From a virus (lineage: Duplodnaviria > Caudoviricetes), in the IMG/VR virus record IMGVR_UViG_3300032024_000077, positions 1 to 59,096 of that record: DNA of 59,096 nt; one strand, 5' to 3'. Made by a program: the position numbers and the translations under genes. The first letter of the stretch is position 1, and each line of letters begins with the position of its first letter. Below are positions 29,901 to 38,783 of the stretch, piece by piece. The notes beneath the pieces are model-generated. The model worked only from the letters and a program-made list of their open reading frames with translations. It was not told the DNA's origin and ran no database searches.

Positions 29901-30789
29901 CGGTCGAGTACAGTCGACGCACCGTTACGAGAGATCCATCCAACCAGCTCACGAGCCAGTTCGGAGTCCCGCCGCCGAGATCGGTGTCGTATGTGCTTTC
30001 GGCAGCATCATTCCCCACGGCCGTGTAGGGGCCGGTGAAGCCAACTGCGCCGTTAACAATCGTGGTGACAGCACCAATCGTCGGCACCGTCGTTGCGCTA
30101 CAGTCCACGACCACGGCACGCACGTTAACAGCCGTACCAACATCAAACATGGCAGTAACAAGTACGTAGTTATCTTGTGCTGGTGCACAGCGTACCCACA
30201 CCGCTGTACCGTCTATGCGGCTGTAGGGGATGTTCGTTTCGAGCACGGTGTTGCCCGGCTCGTGCGCCTCACCGTTTTTCGGGACCTGAACGACCTTCAC
30301 AATCCAATTGCCGGTCTGCACGTGCACGGTCCCATAGACCATGTAGCCAAAGTCGTTCACCGTGCTGACGTACGCACTATCGGCAACGATGTTGCTTTGC
30401 AGATCCGCCATCACCGGTTGGCGCCGTACCACCACGTTCGGCGCATTTCCGACGTGACGCTCAACGTGCGCTGAGTTGCCGTCGTCTGGTGCGTCCAGCG
30501 CGCCGTACAACGCCGGAGCCGCGCCACTAGCGCCCCCCAGATCAGCCACCAACAACTGTTTCTTGGGCTGATGCACTACCAGCTTATTCGCGTTGGCCGT
30601 GACCATCGAATCCATCGCGAGCTGTGTACCGGGGCGCTTGCGCACACTGCCGGCGTGCGCTGTGTAGTCGACATTGCGGGCCTCCGACAGCATTCCAGGC
30701 GGTAGTACGCGCGGATCCACCGACTCGTTGAGAGCCAGTACCGGGACGTTTTCCTCGCCCCATTGGAGATCGCTGCCGGTCATCGCCAC
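26929..30789 (-). CDS. Tail nozzle/head-stabilisation protein (P22 gp10/T7 gp12-like)
   Basis: 1286 aa, beta-rich, RNV...VRKRPG, HKDRLW, LWYS, VGCLSP; follows the adaptor gene. Confidence 0.6.
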   Translation of the reverse strand: MAMTGSDLQWGEENVPVLALNESVDPRVLPPGMLSEARNVDYTAHAGSVRKRPGTQLAMDSMVTANANKLVVHQPKKQLLVADLGGASGAAPALYGALDAPDDGNSAHVERHVGNAPNVVVRRQPVMADLQSNIVADSAYVSTVNDFGYMVYGTVHVQTGNWIVKVVQVPKNGEAHEPGNTVLETNIPYSRIDGTAVWVRCAPAQDNYVLVTAMFDVGTAVNVRAVVVDCSATTVPTIGAVTTIVNGAVGFTGPYTAVGNDAAESTYDTDLGGGTPNWLVSWLDGSLVTVRRLYSTALTTSWTQTIADNAGARAISCYEYGGVTWINWWSPNIAAEAPGWSYAALATATGAVTLGKTTWCGAADVGVADISAEGWVSGICFHEVANQAILFHSQNFAPTVGPSGVPGFDERSLVRWRVVDTVAGLSALYQKRGPWLLSKPWKDRSNGFYLAWCGYDNFSYQDPVVSTVGSSPSLITFDMTAVLMRFAEPPSVPTFVVPAAAPAAQVIATTAGYTLAEPLSASYTNYVYVPLRQAQVPRSVSHGTATNSAVAVEKLGRRCCINIRYIPTELQSGPWDVCVRDTESADFRAGYGRYQTALFGQSTYGAGGVLTQWDGDRHHEDNYISQPSIRISCVTSGAVGWPVEWAEKLIHFQVVWESVSAGGERTKSATSALASITLGGDAALGAAPTDTLTLYIEPNTVTTRSYGSGQTIQTPRTIAVLYASATPGGDDLHRIGEFSNDGSPALWNAYVCEPDALSPITVTVTGPFGNSELELIYNDSGELDNDPPYGGCSTVAVHKDRLWVGGGDEADVLWYSKERADGRSAEFAFGQQVRVAGQEVVALASLDDALVVLCKNGVYAIYGDGPNATGDAASGFFQVVPISTSVGCLSPAVAVIPKGVIFQAPSGMMLLNRGRALEPMPHVNTSATARPVKSTAIVQQLSQARFVMANTASLSGSGTYNADVLVYDWEADRWATWRYSLNDHSLELPAGLIADIAVVDDRIYILTDDGRILREDLTLGADCNGTAYVTAYAYRQHLKFGWIDFGRPQGYKRIRHWLGLFNPNPWASYTVAPALFPFGVKASFDFNHADSGTTLQRFWTNYELGSIEPWDGITKTRCHLSKKQPAIRLTLDEDEPVRRLVATDTAASVVVGTSTVLRVKFASAGSYIPLTVTGGTRTKAQIAGDLNTAIAAIGNENYLRASVGGSNQIILQVIGKLSDTDLGSFLAVDSVANGSTLNSVIGFAVGGVVGALTVAAASQTGFVLQGQTYEVGQAAGTRRTPAAQSK

Positions 30790-31199
30790 ACCCAGATCTT
30801 CGCCTTGCAGGCCGACGAAGCCAGAAGCCGAATGTGCGACTCTGCCCGCGCCGGGTTCGTGGCTACCGTCGTGGTGTCGTCGCAGCGCACAATGTCGACG
30901 GCGATGTCAGACACCTTGTCGCACACCACGAAGCCCTTCATCTCGCCGCCAAGCTGGTGTGGAATGGTCTGGTCAAGCCCCTCACCGAAGTCGACGTCGA
31001 TGATCTGCCCCGCCTCGAACGGAGACTGACCGAGCTTGTTGCCGCCCTTTCCACCAGACGCCCTCAAGTCTTCTTGGACTCGTGCGAGGTCCGGATCGGC
31101 CGGCACTACGCCGAAGCGCGTTGTCGCCGCCGGAGCTGACGACGAGGGGCGTACGTAGGCGCGTCCGGCGACAGCGGCTTTCACTTTGCCGCTGGCCAT
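30780..31199 (-). CDS. Hypothetical virion protein
   Basis: IPHQLG motif seen in small tail proteins. Confidence 0.55.
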   Translation of the reverse strand: MASGKVKAAVAGRAYVRPSSSAPAATTRFGVVPADPDLARVQEDLRASGGKGGNKLGQSPFEAGQIIDVDFGEGLDQTIPHQLGGEMKGFVVCDKVSDIAVDIVRCDDTTTVATNPARAESHIRLLASSACKAKIWVWR

Positions 31200-31894
31200 C
31201 AGAACAGCCTCCCGCGCCGCGAACCGCTCTGCCTACGACGCGGCACAACGATGGTTTGCATCGTGTTGCCATTGTCGACGTTGCCGACCCAGTCCTCGAT
31301 GCGCTTCTGGATCGCCGCCCGCTCGTTGATGAACAGCGAGGCGTCTCGCTCCTCTTTCGTCTTGACGCGAATGCACGCCTCAGCGATCAACAGGTCGGTG
31401 TGCGGAATGTTCACCGGGTCGTTATCGAGCGTGTACTCAGGCGCCGTCGTGTGGTATCGCAGCGTGACTGTGTGCACAGCGTCCGGCGGCGGATCGAAGA
31501 TGATGTCGTAGTCATTGTCGATCGAGCGCTGGAAACGGTACTGCGGCATGTAGCCAGCGCCCCAAGACGTCCCGGCGGTGCGCGTCACCCGGTCCAGGTC
31601 GCTGAACGTGTCGAGCGGGAAGCTCTCGCCGTCGAACTGGAGGCGGACGGATAGCGGGATGTACAGGTCGCCGATCACGTTGGACGGCGTGTACAACGCC
31701 TGCCCCGGCACGGTCACGAAGAAGTCCGTGCCGACTGCGTACTTGTCCTTGTACGTGCCAATCAAGAAGTCGTGAACGTAGTTCGCGGCATCTTGAATAT
31801 GGTTCGAGATCTCGCTGTTGGTCTGCGCCGTGGTGTTCTCGATATCACACCGCTGGCGAATCAGGGTTGCGACCTGCGCCCGCGAGTAAGACAT
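31199..31894 (-). CDS. Head-tail adaptor (tail tubular A-like)
   Basis: IRQRCD, FDPPPD..TLRY; position in the module. Confidence 0.6.
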   Translation of the reverse strand: MSYSRAQVATLIRQRCDIENTTAQTNSEISNHIQDAANYVHDFLIGTYKDKYAVGTDFFVTVPGQALYTPSNVIGDLYIPLSVRLQFDGESFPLDTFSDLDRVTRTAGTSWGAGYMPQYRFQRSIDNDYDIIFDPPPDAVHTVTLRYHTTAPEYTLDNDPVNIPHTDLLIAEACIRVKTKEERDASLFINERAAIQKRIEDWVGNVDNGNTMQTIVVPRRRQSGSRRGRLF

Positions 31895-31897
31895 CGG

Positions 31898-32146
31898 TCA
31901 CTCCTTTTCCGGCATAGGGCTCTTGCCGAGAATCTCAAGCAGCGATGGGCGCTTTTCGCCCATCTTGGTAGGCAGCTTGTCGGGCTCAGCAGGCGGCTCA
32001 TCAGCAAGCGCGTGTAGCGCCATCGTCAGCTCCGAGACTTCCGCGTCGCTCAGCCTGAGTAGCCGTTTGACCGTGTCTCGGTGCATCGAGGAGGCGGCGA
32101 ACTTCGCGCCCTTGAGCTTGCCGCCCAGAACGTCAGCCATCTTCAT
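31898..32146 (-). CDS. Hypothetical protein
   Basis: ATG 32146 with GAGG RBS. Confidence 0.55.
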   Translation of the reverse strand: MKMADVLGGKLKGAKFAASSMHRDTVKRLLRLSDAEVSELTMALHALADEPPAEPDKLPTKMGEKRPSLLEILGKSPMPEKE

Positions 32147-32157
32147 CTGATGGCCCC

Positions 32158-32535
32158 TCAGTTTTCGAGCGCGTCGTCGAAGTGAGCGGTGAAGTCGATG
32201 CGGGTTCCGGCTGCCGCGGTCACGTCCTTGAGCACCCACGCGCCGTGGTCGGAGGCGTGAATGACCATCGTACCAGCTTGCGGGTCGCACGATGCCACCT
32301 GCGCGTGCTGCGTCACCGCAGCCTGCGTCAGCGAAGCGTGGGCAGACATGCGCACGCCGTACTTGTCCGAGAAGGTCACGGTGTAGATGCCGGTGTTCGT
32401 GTAGGCTACGGTGAAGCCTTTGCCGGTGTTGAGCGAATTGTCGATAGCGCCCGCCCCGTTGGGGACGAACGAGCCGCAGACGGTGACCTTGTTTCGGCCA
32501 AGCGTCTGCATGAAGTCAGTATTACGAGCTGCCAT
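32158..32535 (-). CDS. Hypothetical virion protein
   Basis: Strong GAGGAG RBS; TGIYTVTF. Confidence 0.65.
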   Translation of the reverse strand: MAARNTDFMQTLGRNKVTVCGSFVPNGAGAIDNSLNTGKGFTVAYTNTGIYTVTFSDKYGVRMSAHASLTQAAVTQHAQVASCDPQAGTMVIHASDHGAWVLKDVTAAAGTRIDFTAHFDDALEN

Positions 32536-32634
32536 TGGGGCTCCTCTTTTCCTCTTTGAGTGAACGGGTTTTTGCCCCCACCCCGCCGGCCAGCCTCGCG
32601 AGCTAGACGACGGGGTAAAGACGGTGGTCTTCGA

Positions 32635-33213
32635 TCAGAGCGCTTCGAGCACGACCTCGTAGCTGGTCGGCGCAAGCGTCACACCTGTTCCGGCCTTAGC
32701 TCGCGATAGCACCAAGGCGCCATCCGGCACGACGCGCGTGTTGGCGACGGTCGCCGAAACCAACGCCGAGTACGGCTTATTAGCCGTAGTCGCCGCAGGC
32801 GCGCCAGTGATCAGACCACCAGCCGCGACAGCCACGTCAGAGTCAGACGTGATCGTTGCGGCCGTGGAGTCGGTCACGCCATCCGAGCCAACCGACAGAA
32901 ACGAATCGGTGAAGTGAGCGGTTGCGTGCGTGGTGATTGCGGCGCTGCGCAGCTTGATGGAGATCACCTGCGCGCCGTTCGGGTACTCCGAAGCCGGAAC
33001 ACCCACCGCGGCCAAAGACGCTCGCGCCGTGGTGGCGTCGGCATCAGCCGACACGTCGATGTTGTAGACCCTGCGGAGCAAGGCCCGCTCCGCCACCTGC
33101 GGACCCAGGTGAGAGCCCGAGAGGGCTGCCACCGGGGTATCGGTCGTGGCGGGATCGGGAAGGTCGTGGAAGAACCCGGCGAGCTTCGCCTTGAGAGTGG
33201 AGTATGCAGTCAT
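32635..33213 (-). CDS. Putative head decoration protein
   Basis: Directly after the capsid gene, Ala/Thr-rich, AGGAG RBS. Confidence 0.55.
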   Translation of the reverse strand: MTAYSTLKAKLAGFFHDLPDPATTDTPVAALSGSHLGPQVAERALLRRVYNIDVSADADATTARASLAAVGVPASEYPNGAQVISIKLRSAAITTHATAHFTDSFLSVGSDGVTDSTAATITSDSDVAVAAGGLITGAPAATTANKPYSALVSATVANTRVVPDGALVLSRAKAGTGVTLAPTSYEVVLEAL

Positions 33214-33232
33214 TGGTGGCTAGCTCCTAGGC

Positions 33233-34459
33233 TCAGGCCGCGGGCAGGGTGACGTTGACGTTGGCGTTGGGGTTCGTGCAGACCATCTGCAAGTACCCGC
33301 CCAGGCGCAGCTCGTCCGCGTCGGCAGTCGCCTCGCGAAGAGTCTCTTGGCCGTCCCGGTTCAGGACGCGCGGAACCTCACCGAGGCTCCAGACCTCCCA
33401 GGTGCTCTGGGTGAGCAGCCATGCCTTGCCGAGCTGACACATCGGGTCGCTGAGGACTGCGATGGGGCCAGCGGCGCCGTTGATCATCACGCCGCGGTAG
33501 CCCACCGTGGGCTTGTCCGCACTGCGCGCGTCGATCGGGATGGTCCGCTTGGAACCAACCTGGTTGACGAAGTTCGCCATGTTCAGCGGGTTCAGAATCG
33601 CGAGGTCGGGAGCCGACCCGTGGTCCTGGGCGCGCGCCGAAGCGTTCACCAACACCTCTTCGATGGACCCGCTCGCCGGAGCGTAGCGGAGGCCGAAGAG
33701 GCGAGTGTCACTCGAACGGTCGATGCCGAAGAAGTTCTCGCCAGGGCTCGGAGCCGCGTCCGGAACCCAGGCCTGGAAGCCCTTGATGGAGCTTCCAAAG
33801 TCGCCGTCACGGAACAGGTAGTCGCTGGTCGCGATACCCGCGATCAGAGTGTTCCAGGCCGCCGACGTGGTGATCGTGCGAGCCTCGCGGTCGATGGCGG
33901 TGATCATCGCAGCGCCGACGTTCGGCGTGCCGCTGGTACCGTCAGTGGGGCCGCTCTGGACCCACATCCCCTTCTCCAGGCCCTGCATCGAGCTGGTGCT
34001 GGAGAGCGTCAGGGTCGTGGTGTTGACGGCCGTGGTCGAGGACAGCTGCGCGCGAGCGCCGCCGCCGTTACGGAACATCGAGAAGGACAGGGATCGCTGC
34101 ACGTTGTACAGCGCGTCGTCCATCGCGACCTTGAAGGCCTCTGCGAGTGCCTCAGGATTACCCGAGGTTGCGTCGAGCATCTCGCCGTCCATCGACGCGA
34201 GAGCGTACTCCTTGACGCGGGTGATCAGCGGCCGCTTCAGCGACGGCGCACCCTTACGGCCCTGCGCAGTGTTGAAGTCGTGCGACGCACCACCACCGGT
34301 CGAGAACTTCCAGACGAGGAACTTGGCCTCGTTGGTGAAGTTCTTCCACTTGCGGACCATGCCCCACGCGGGGGACTTCTTGTACATGATCTCATCGATA
34401 CCGTCCGGATACAGACGCTTGGTCAGTTCGACGGAGTTCGAGAGGGTAATTGCAGACAT
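33233..34459 (-). CDS. Major capsid protein
   Basis: 408 aa, strongly biased codons, AGGAG RBS, downstream of portal and scaffold. Confidence 0.8.
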   Translation of the reverse strand: MSAITLSNSVELTKRLYPDGIDEIMYKKSPAWGMVRKWKNFTNEAKFLVWKFSTGGGASHDFNTAQGRKGAPSLKRPLITRVKEYALASMDGEMLDATSGNPEALAEAFKVAMDDALYNVQRSLSFSMFRNGGGARAQLSSTTAVNTTTLTLSSTSSMQGLEKGMWVQSGPTDGTSGTPNVGAAMITAIDREARTITTSAAWNTLIAGIATSDYLFRDGDFGSSIKGFQAWVPDAAPSPGENFFGIDRSSDTRLFGLRYAPASGSIEEVLVNASARAQDHGSAPDLAILNPLNMANFVNQVGSKRTIPIDARSADKPTVGYRGVMINGAAGPIAVLSDPMCQLGKAWLLTQSTWEVWSLGEVPRVLNRDGQETLREATADADELRLGGYLQMVCTNPNANVNVTLPAA

Positions 34460-34638
34460 TGGATGCTCCTAAAACAGCTTGACTTTACGAAGCTCATTCA
34501 GCGCCTTCGTCACGCCTCACCCCGCTTGGGTGGTTTCGAGGATGTCAAGCCGGGGCAGTCCCAGCCTTAGGATTGAAGGCTCCCAGGGGCCATCCGACTC
34601 CGCGCCATTCGAGAGGTGCGTAAGACGGTTCACGGTGC

Positions 34639-34667
34639 AGTGTAGGTAAGTACGCACCTACTGGCAA
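34639..34667 (-). promoter_or_regulatory. Sigma70-like promoter for the capsid operon with a GTAGGT-N8-ACCTAC inverted repeat
   Basis: TTGCCA-N17-TACACT. Confidence 0.55.
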
Positions 34668-34675
34668 GATAGTTT

Positions 34676-34703
34676 GGAACCTTTCGGCGACTGGACTGTC
34701 TAC
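34676..34703 (+). promoter_or_regulatory. ECF-type promoter P2 (leaderless)
   Basis: GGAACCT-N15-GTCTAC-N6-ATG(34710). Confidence 0.65.
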
Positions 34704-34709
34704 CGCTAC

Positions 34710-34898
34710 ATGACCATCAAAAATCTGCTGATCGGGCTCATCGCCGCCGTTTGCTACTGCGCCGTGCTGGAGCTGTGGCTGCCCGCGGAACTGCCGGTGG
34801 CTCCGGGGCCGGCCGTCGTCGTTGACTACGAGCTACCTGCCGACTTCGAGGCGCCGGCGGATGACTGTGAACTCCGAACAGACTGCGTGTCGCTGTGA
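34710..34898 (+). CDS. Small exported or membrane protein
   Basis: MTIKNLLIGLIAAVC... signal-like. Confidence 0.6.
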   Translation: MTIKNLLIGLIAAVCYCAVLELWLPAELPVAPGPAVVVDYELPADFEAPADDCELRTDCVSL

Positions 34899-35242
34899 GC
34901 GCGGCACGCTGTTTGCATGGCGACCCACTCCTCGACGAGCTGGAGGCGCTTCGCTACGACCCAAGCCCCGAAGCGCGTCGCCGCCTAGTCACACTATGTG
35001 TCCAAGCCACGCAGGTGGGGCTGTTCCCGCGGCACGCCCGGCCCATCTACATGGTGGACTGCTACGGAGCCGCCTGGTTCGAGTTCCGTGGCCCGTTGAG
35101 CTGTCCACTGTGCTCCGCCGACCTGCGCGATTACGAACACGGGGCGCCGTTCAAACGGGAGATTGGGGTTTACGACAGCGGGGCCGACAGGACGGTTGCG
35201 TGGCGGTGCCCCGACTGTGGCGGCGAGTGGCTGCGGCGCTAG
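34895..35242 (+). CDS. Zn-ribbon protein
   Basis: CPLC...WRCPDCG. Confidence 0.6.
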   Translation: MSAARCLHGDPLLDELEALRYDPSPEARRRLVTLCVQATQVGLFPRHARPIYMVDCYGAAWFEFRGPLSCPLCSADLRDYEHGAPFKREIGVYDSGADRTVAWRCPDCGGEWLRR

Positions 35243-35457
35243 GCAGTGCGCTCCCAAACGTACGCTACCTCTTCAGGCGAAACTACTGTTTGCATGGTGC
35301 CTAGCGTACGCTTGGTCCACACACCGTAGCCCAGTTGTGTTGCCGGCGTGACGTCAACAGTCGAACGGTACATGCCGCCGACAGGGATCGTGGGCGTAGC
35401 GGCGCCTGTGCCGCCCGCGTTCTTCGTCCAGCCGCCGCCGCTGTTGCGCGTTGCCAC
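35239..35457 (-). CDS. Hypothetical protein
   Basis: Follows the scaffold gene with an RBS. Confidence 0.45.
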   Translation of the reverse strand: MATRNSGGGWTKNAGGTGAATPTIPVGGMYRSTVDVTPATQLGYGVWTKRTLGTMQTVVSPEEVAYVWERTA

Positions 35458-35468
35458 AGCCCCCTACC

Positions 35469-36653
35469 TCACGCCCGCTTGCCAAACACTTCACGCCCAG
35501 CCGCCGCTACGCGATCTCGTTCGTCCATGTTGCGCCAGTCGATGGGCGCCGTGCCGCGCGCTGCTGCGTCGTTGTTCGTCACCGCGCGCGGCGCTACATA
35601 CTGGCCCATAGCGTTTCGCTGTACACCGTTGCCCAGTGAAGGTTGGTAGCCGGCGTCTGCCGCCGCGCCGTACACAAGCCCGCCGCGCGCTGGCGGCGAC
35701 CAGTCACTCGCGTCCACGCCCGTTGCAGCCGGTTGCGCTGCTTCAGTGGCGGCAGCTGCGGCCTCGGCGATGGCAGCCTTCGAGTAGCCTGCTTTGGTAG
35801 CCCGCGCCACGAACTCCGTGTGCTCGACTTTCTCCAAGTACTCCAACACGGCCTCTGCGGTCGGCATGGGATAGCCCTGGAGCACGTATGCGTTGGCGGC
35901 TACTAGCCCGCGCTCGGCGACCTCTGCCGGGTCCATCGTCGACAGAATCGGGTGATGGTTCTCGTCGAGGGCTGAGGCGTAGCTGTCGCGCAGCTCGTTG
36001 AGGTAGGCCTCTTTCCGCTGAACGTCGTAAGCCTCCGCAGCCGCCTCGGCATCAGCCCGCAACCGCGCTTCCAACTGTGCAGCGTACTCGCGGGCCTCTT
36101 TGGCATCCTTCGCGACGACTTCGAGCTGTTGCTCGACGGTCGCTTTTCCTCCGTTCTGGACGCGCGCAATCAGGCCACGCACGACCTCGTCCACGCCTTT
36201 GCCAGTTCGCTTCGCGATTGCTTCTACGAGAGCAATCTCATCCAGCGCCTCTTCGTCCGCAAGCTGCTTCGCACGCGCCGCCTTCTCGGCCGCCATCTGG
36301 CGCGCTTGCAAGTCCAGTTCGGCGCGTTGCTGCGCGAGCTGCTTCTCTTGCTGTCGAAGCGCGTAGGCGGTTCGCGCGTCGGCGAGTCGGCGTCCTTCGG
36401 CTTCCGCTTCTGGGTCCGGCGCCGCGGCCTCGGCTTCAGACTCACCTTCAGCCTTCGGAGCCTTCGCCGCGGCCTTCGGAGCCTTCGCGGCCTTGGGCTC
36501 TGGCGTGGGGGCGGCCTCAGACGCCTGCGCCGGCGGCGGCGAGTTCGGCTGCGCCGAGGTCACCTCCGAGCCCGGGGGCGGGCTCTGGTAGTCCGGCAGG
36601 GGAGGTGGCGGCTGCGGGGTCCGGTCCAACGCTGGTTCCAAGATCAGTGCCAT
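35469..36653 (-). CDS. Putative capsid scaffolding protein
   Basis: Pro-rich N-terminus and long acidic coiled coil, between portal and capsid. Confidence 0.65.
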   Translation of the reverse strand: MALILEPALDRTPQPPPPLPDYQSPPPGSEVTSAQPNSPPPAQASEAAPTPEPKAAKAPKAAAKAPKAEGESEAEAAAPDPEAEAEGRRLADARTAYALRQQEKQLAQQRAELDLQARQMAAEKAARAKQLADEEALDEIALVEAIAKRTGKGVDEVVRGLIARVQNGGKATVEQQLEVVAKDAKEAREYAAQLEARLRADAEAAAEAYDVQRKEAYLNELRDSYASALDENHHPILSTMDPAEVAERGLVAANAYVLQGYPMPTAEAVLEYLEKVEHTEFVARATKAGYSKAAIAEAAAAATEAAQPAATGVDASDWSPPARGGLVYGAAADAGYQPSLGNGVQRNAMGQYVAPRAVTNNDAAARGTAPIDWRNMDERDRVAAAGREVFGKRA

Positions 36654-38559
36654 CTGGTATCATTCCTTCTTCGGGCATTTGCACGCCAGCCAACAGCGCT
36701 GCATTAGCAGCAGCTTGTTCTTCCGGCGATGGGGGTGGGTTGAGAATCTGTCGACAACGCTCCAGAAACAGTCGGAGCAGTTCGAGTCGATCTTCGGGAG
36801 CGTCTTCGTACAGCTCCAGTTCGGTGATGGCGCCCAGCGTCAAGTCGACGGCTAGTTCGAGCGGCCAGGTCGGCTCCGGCTGCACATCCTCGCCGAGCTT
36901 GATGATTCGGTGCTCGATGATTCGCTCCAACAGCTTACGCGGCGAGAGCTTCTTGCGTTGCAGTCGGCGCCGGTCGGGCATGTTGAGGTAGTCCCACAGC
37001 TCCTCAGGGTCCTTGAGCAGCCCCAAATCACGCATGTCGTAGACGTCTTCGATGCGCGCCGACAGCGTACTTGCTAGAGCTGACGCGGGCAAAACTTCGA
37101 TGATGTAGCCCTTCAAGTCGGCTTCGAGCTTGACGTCCTTCCAGTGGATGACCTCGATGACGCCGTCCGCGAGGTGGGTGGCCGCGTGCTCGTCGCCGGG
37201 GTAGCGCCGCGCGAGATCGATTTGCTCCTCGATGAGCAGCTCGCACACCCTCAACAACGCCGATTCGTAATCGTTCATCAGGTCGCTGAGCAGCTCAGAT
37301 TCCATCTCGGTGTAGGCGCGGAGTGCTTTGCCGCTATTGAGCCCTTGCGGTTTCAGCATCTGGGCGGACAGCTGGCTGACGCCGCGCGTTTCAAACGCCG
37401 TCTGCTTCAGCGCAGTCTCGTGCTGCCACAGGTCCGGCGGCACAACCGGCGCTGCGACCAGCTCTGGCTTGCGGCCGTCGCCCGTGGGCGTGAACTCCAT
37501 GACGCGCCCGGTGAGCGTGCTGAACGCCGCCGGCTGCACCTTCATGCCGCGTTCCACGAGCCAGTACGGATTCGCCAGCAGTTCGATGATTTCCTGCCGA
37601 GCCAGCGCGGTTTGCGTCAGCTCGATCTGGGTGGCGGCGAGATCTTCGGGAACGCCGATGCCCCAGAAGCCCTGTGGCCGTAGCTCACCGCGCATCCACG
37701 CGCCGTTGAAGTGGGGGCGTTCCCACGGCTCGTCCACGAGGACGCCGGAGGAGATAGCGATGACGTGCCGACCATCCTTCGCGCCGGGGCGAGACGGGAG
37801 GTGAATCGCCTCAAGAACCTGCATGACGTCGTTGTTGGCGGCGCGGTCCCACGCGCCTGTGCCAGTGCGCCAGCCGTCGTGCGCCTCCTGGTTGACGCGG
37901 TCAAACAGTTCTTCCTTGTCCGGAAACATGGCCCGGTAGCGAGCTTTGCTGACGGTGCGCTCGAAGTAGACGTTGGGCGGATTGCCGTAGCGCGCCTCGG
38001 AGTCATCAACCAGAATCTCGCTGGGCGGAATGACTTCGAGCTGTACGCCGCTGACGCGGTCGGAGTAGACGCGAATGAAGCCGGTCCCGAACACCATCGC
38101 GTGGAGCCGGAACAGTGGGAACAGGTCCTCGTCGGCGCGCAGCGTGCGCAGCTTACCGAGCAGCCACTTTTCAAGATTCTCCGCCGTCACACGTTGCTGA
38201 AAACTGCCGCCGTTGGTGACGACGTAGGGACGGCTTCGGCGGCGGGCGATCTTGCTGTTGAGCGTGCGGACGATGGCGCGGATGACGTTGGTGCCAACGC
38301 GGCTGTCGATGATGTCCGTCAGCTGGTACGCAGCCGTCGAGGCCCGATAGCCGACATAGCGCATGTCGCTGTAGAGCTGAAGCGCCAGCTCGTCAGCGTT
38401 CTGTCGCCATTGCTGCTTTGATCGCAGCGACTTGGCCAGGGACCAGAGCGACGCGGTCGGGTCCTCGCAGGTGAACCACTCGCGGTTGTCGTCCTGGTAG
38501 TTCTTGACGTCGCTGGTGCGGACGTAGCTGCCGTCTTCGTTGCGTATGTACTCGGACAT
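36517..38559 (-). CDS. Portal protein
   Basis: 680 aa; FGTGF, FWGIG, GVSQ..SGKA; position in the module. Confidence 0.8.
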   Translation of the reverse strand: MSEYIRNEDGSYVRTSDVKNYQDDNREWFTCEDPTASLWSLAKSLRSKQQWRQNADELALQLYSDMRYVGYRASTAAYQLTDIIDSRVGTNVIRAIVRTLNSKIARRRSRPYVVTNGGSFQQRVTAENLEKWLLGKLRTLRADEDLFPLFRLHAMVFGTGFIRVYSDRVSGVQLEVIPPSEILVDDSEARYGNPPNVYFERTVSKARYRAMFPDKEELFDRVNQEAHDGWRTGTGAWDRAANNDVMQVLEAIHLPSRPGAKDGRHVIAISSGVLVDEPWERPHFNGAWMRGELRPQGFWGIGVPEDLAATQIELTQTALARQEIIELLANPYWLVERGMKVQPAAFSTLTGRVMEFTPTGDGRKPELVAAPVVPPDLWQHETALKQTAFETRGVSQLSAQMLKPQGLNSGKALRAYTEMESELLSDLMNDYESALLRVCELLIEEQIDLARRYPGDEHAATHLADGVIEVIHWKDVKLEADLKGYIIEVLPASALASTLSARIEDVYDMRDLGLLKDPEELWDYLNMPDRRRLQRKKLSPRKLLERIIEHRIIKLGEDVQPEPTWPLELAVDLTLGAITELELYEDAPEDRLELLRLFLERCRQILNPPPSPEEQAAANAALLAGVQMPEEGMIPDGTDLGTSVGPDPAAATSPAGLPEPAPGLGGDLGAAELAAAGAGV

Positions 38560-38564
38560 CTTGG

Positions 38565-38783
38565 TCAGCCTCGCGGGTCAGCGATCCCCAGAATCCGCAT
38601 GCCACGATCTCCGCGGATCGCCGCGGCGGTGTCCCGCTCGCCAGGAGTCAACGTGTCCGGGGGCGCGGACGCAATGTCCAGAATGAGCACCCCTGGAAGC
38701 TCGATGCGCTGGGCTAAAAAGCCGTGCGCGCGGAGCCTCGACAACAGATCGTCGAGCACATTGACGGTTTCGCTTGTGACCAT
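38565..38783 (-). CDS. Hypothetical protein
   Basis: Coupled ORF. Confidence 0.5.
   Translation of the reverse strand: MVTSETVNVLDDLLSRLRAHGFLAQRIELPGVLILDIASAPPDTLTPGERDTAAAIRGDRGMRILGIADPRG

Noticed and set aside
33347-34570. 407-aa plus-strand ORF antisense to the capsid gene
   Set aside because: Shadow ORF produced by strong GC3 codon bias; no motifs or RBS
36440-36500. Short tandem GCCTTCGGA/GCCTTCGC repeats
   Set aside because: They encode the low-complexity KAAKAPKA linker of the scaffold protein
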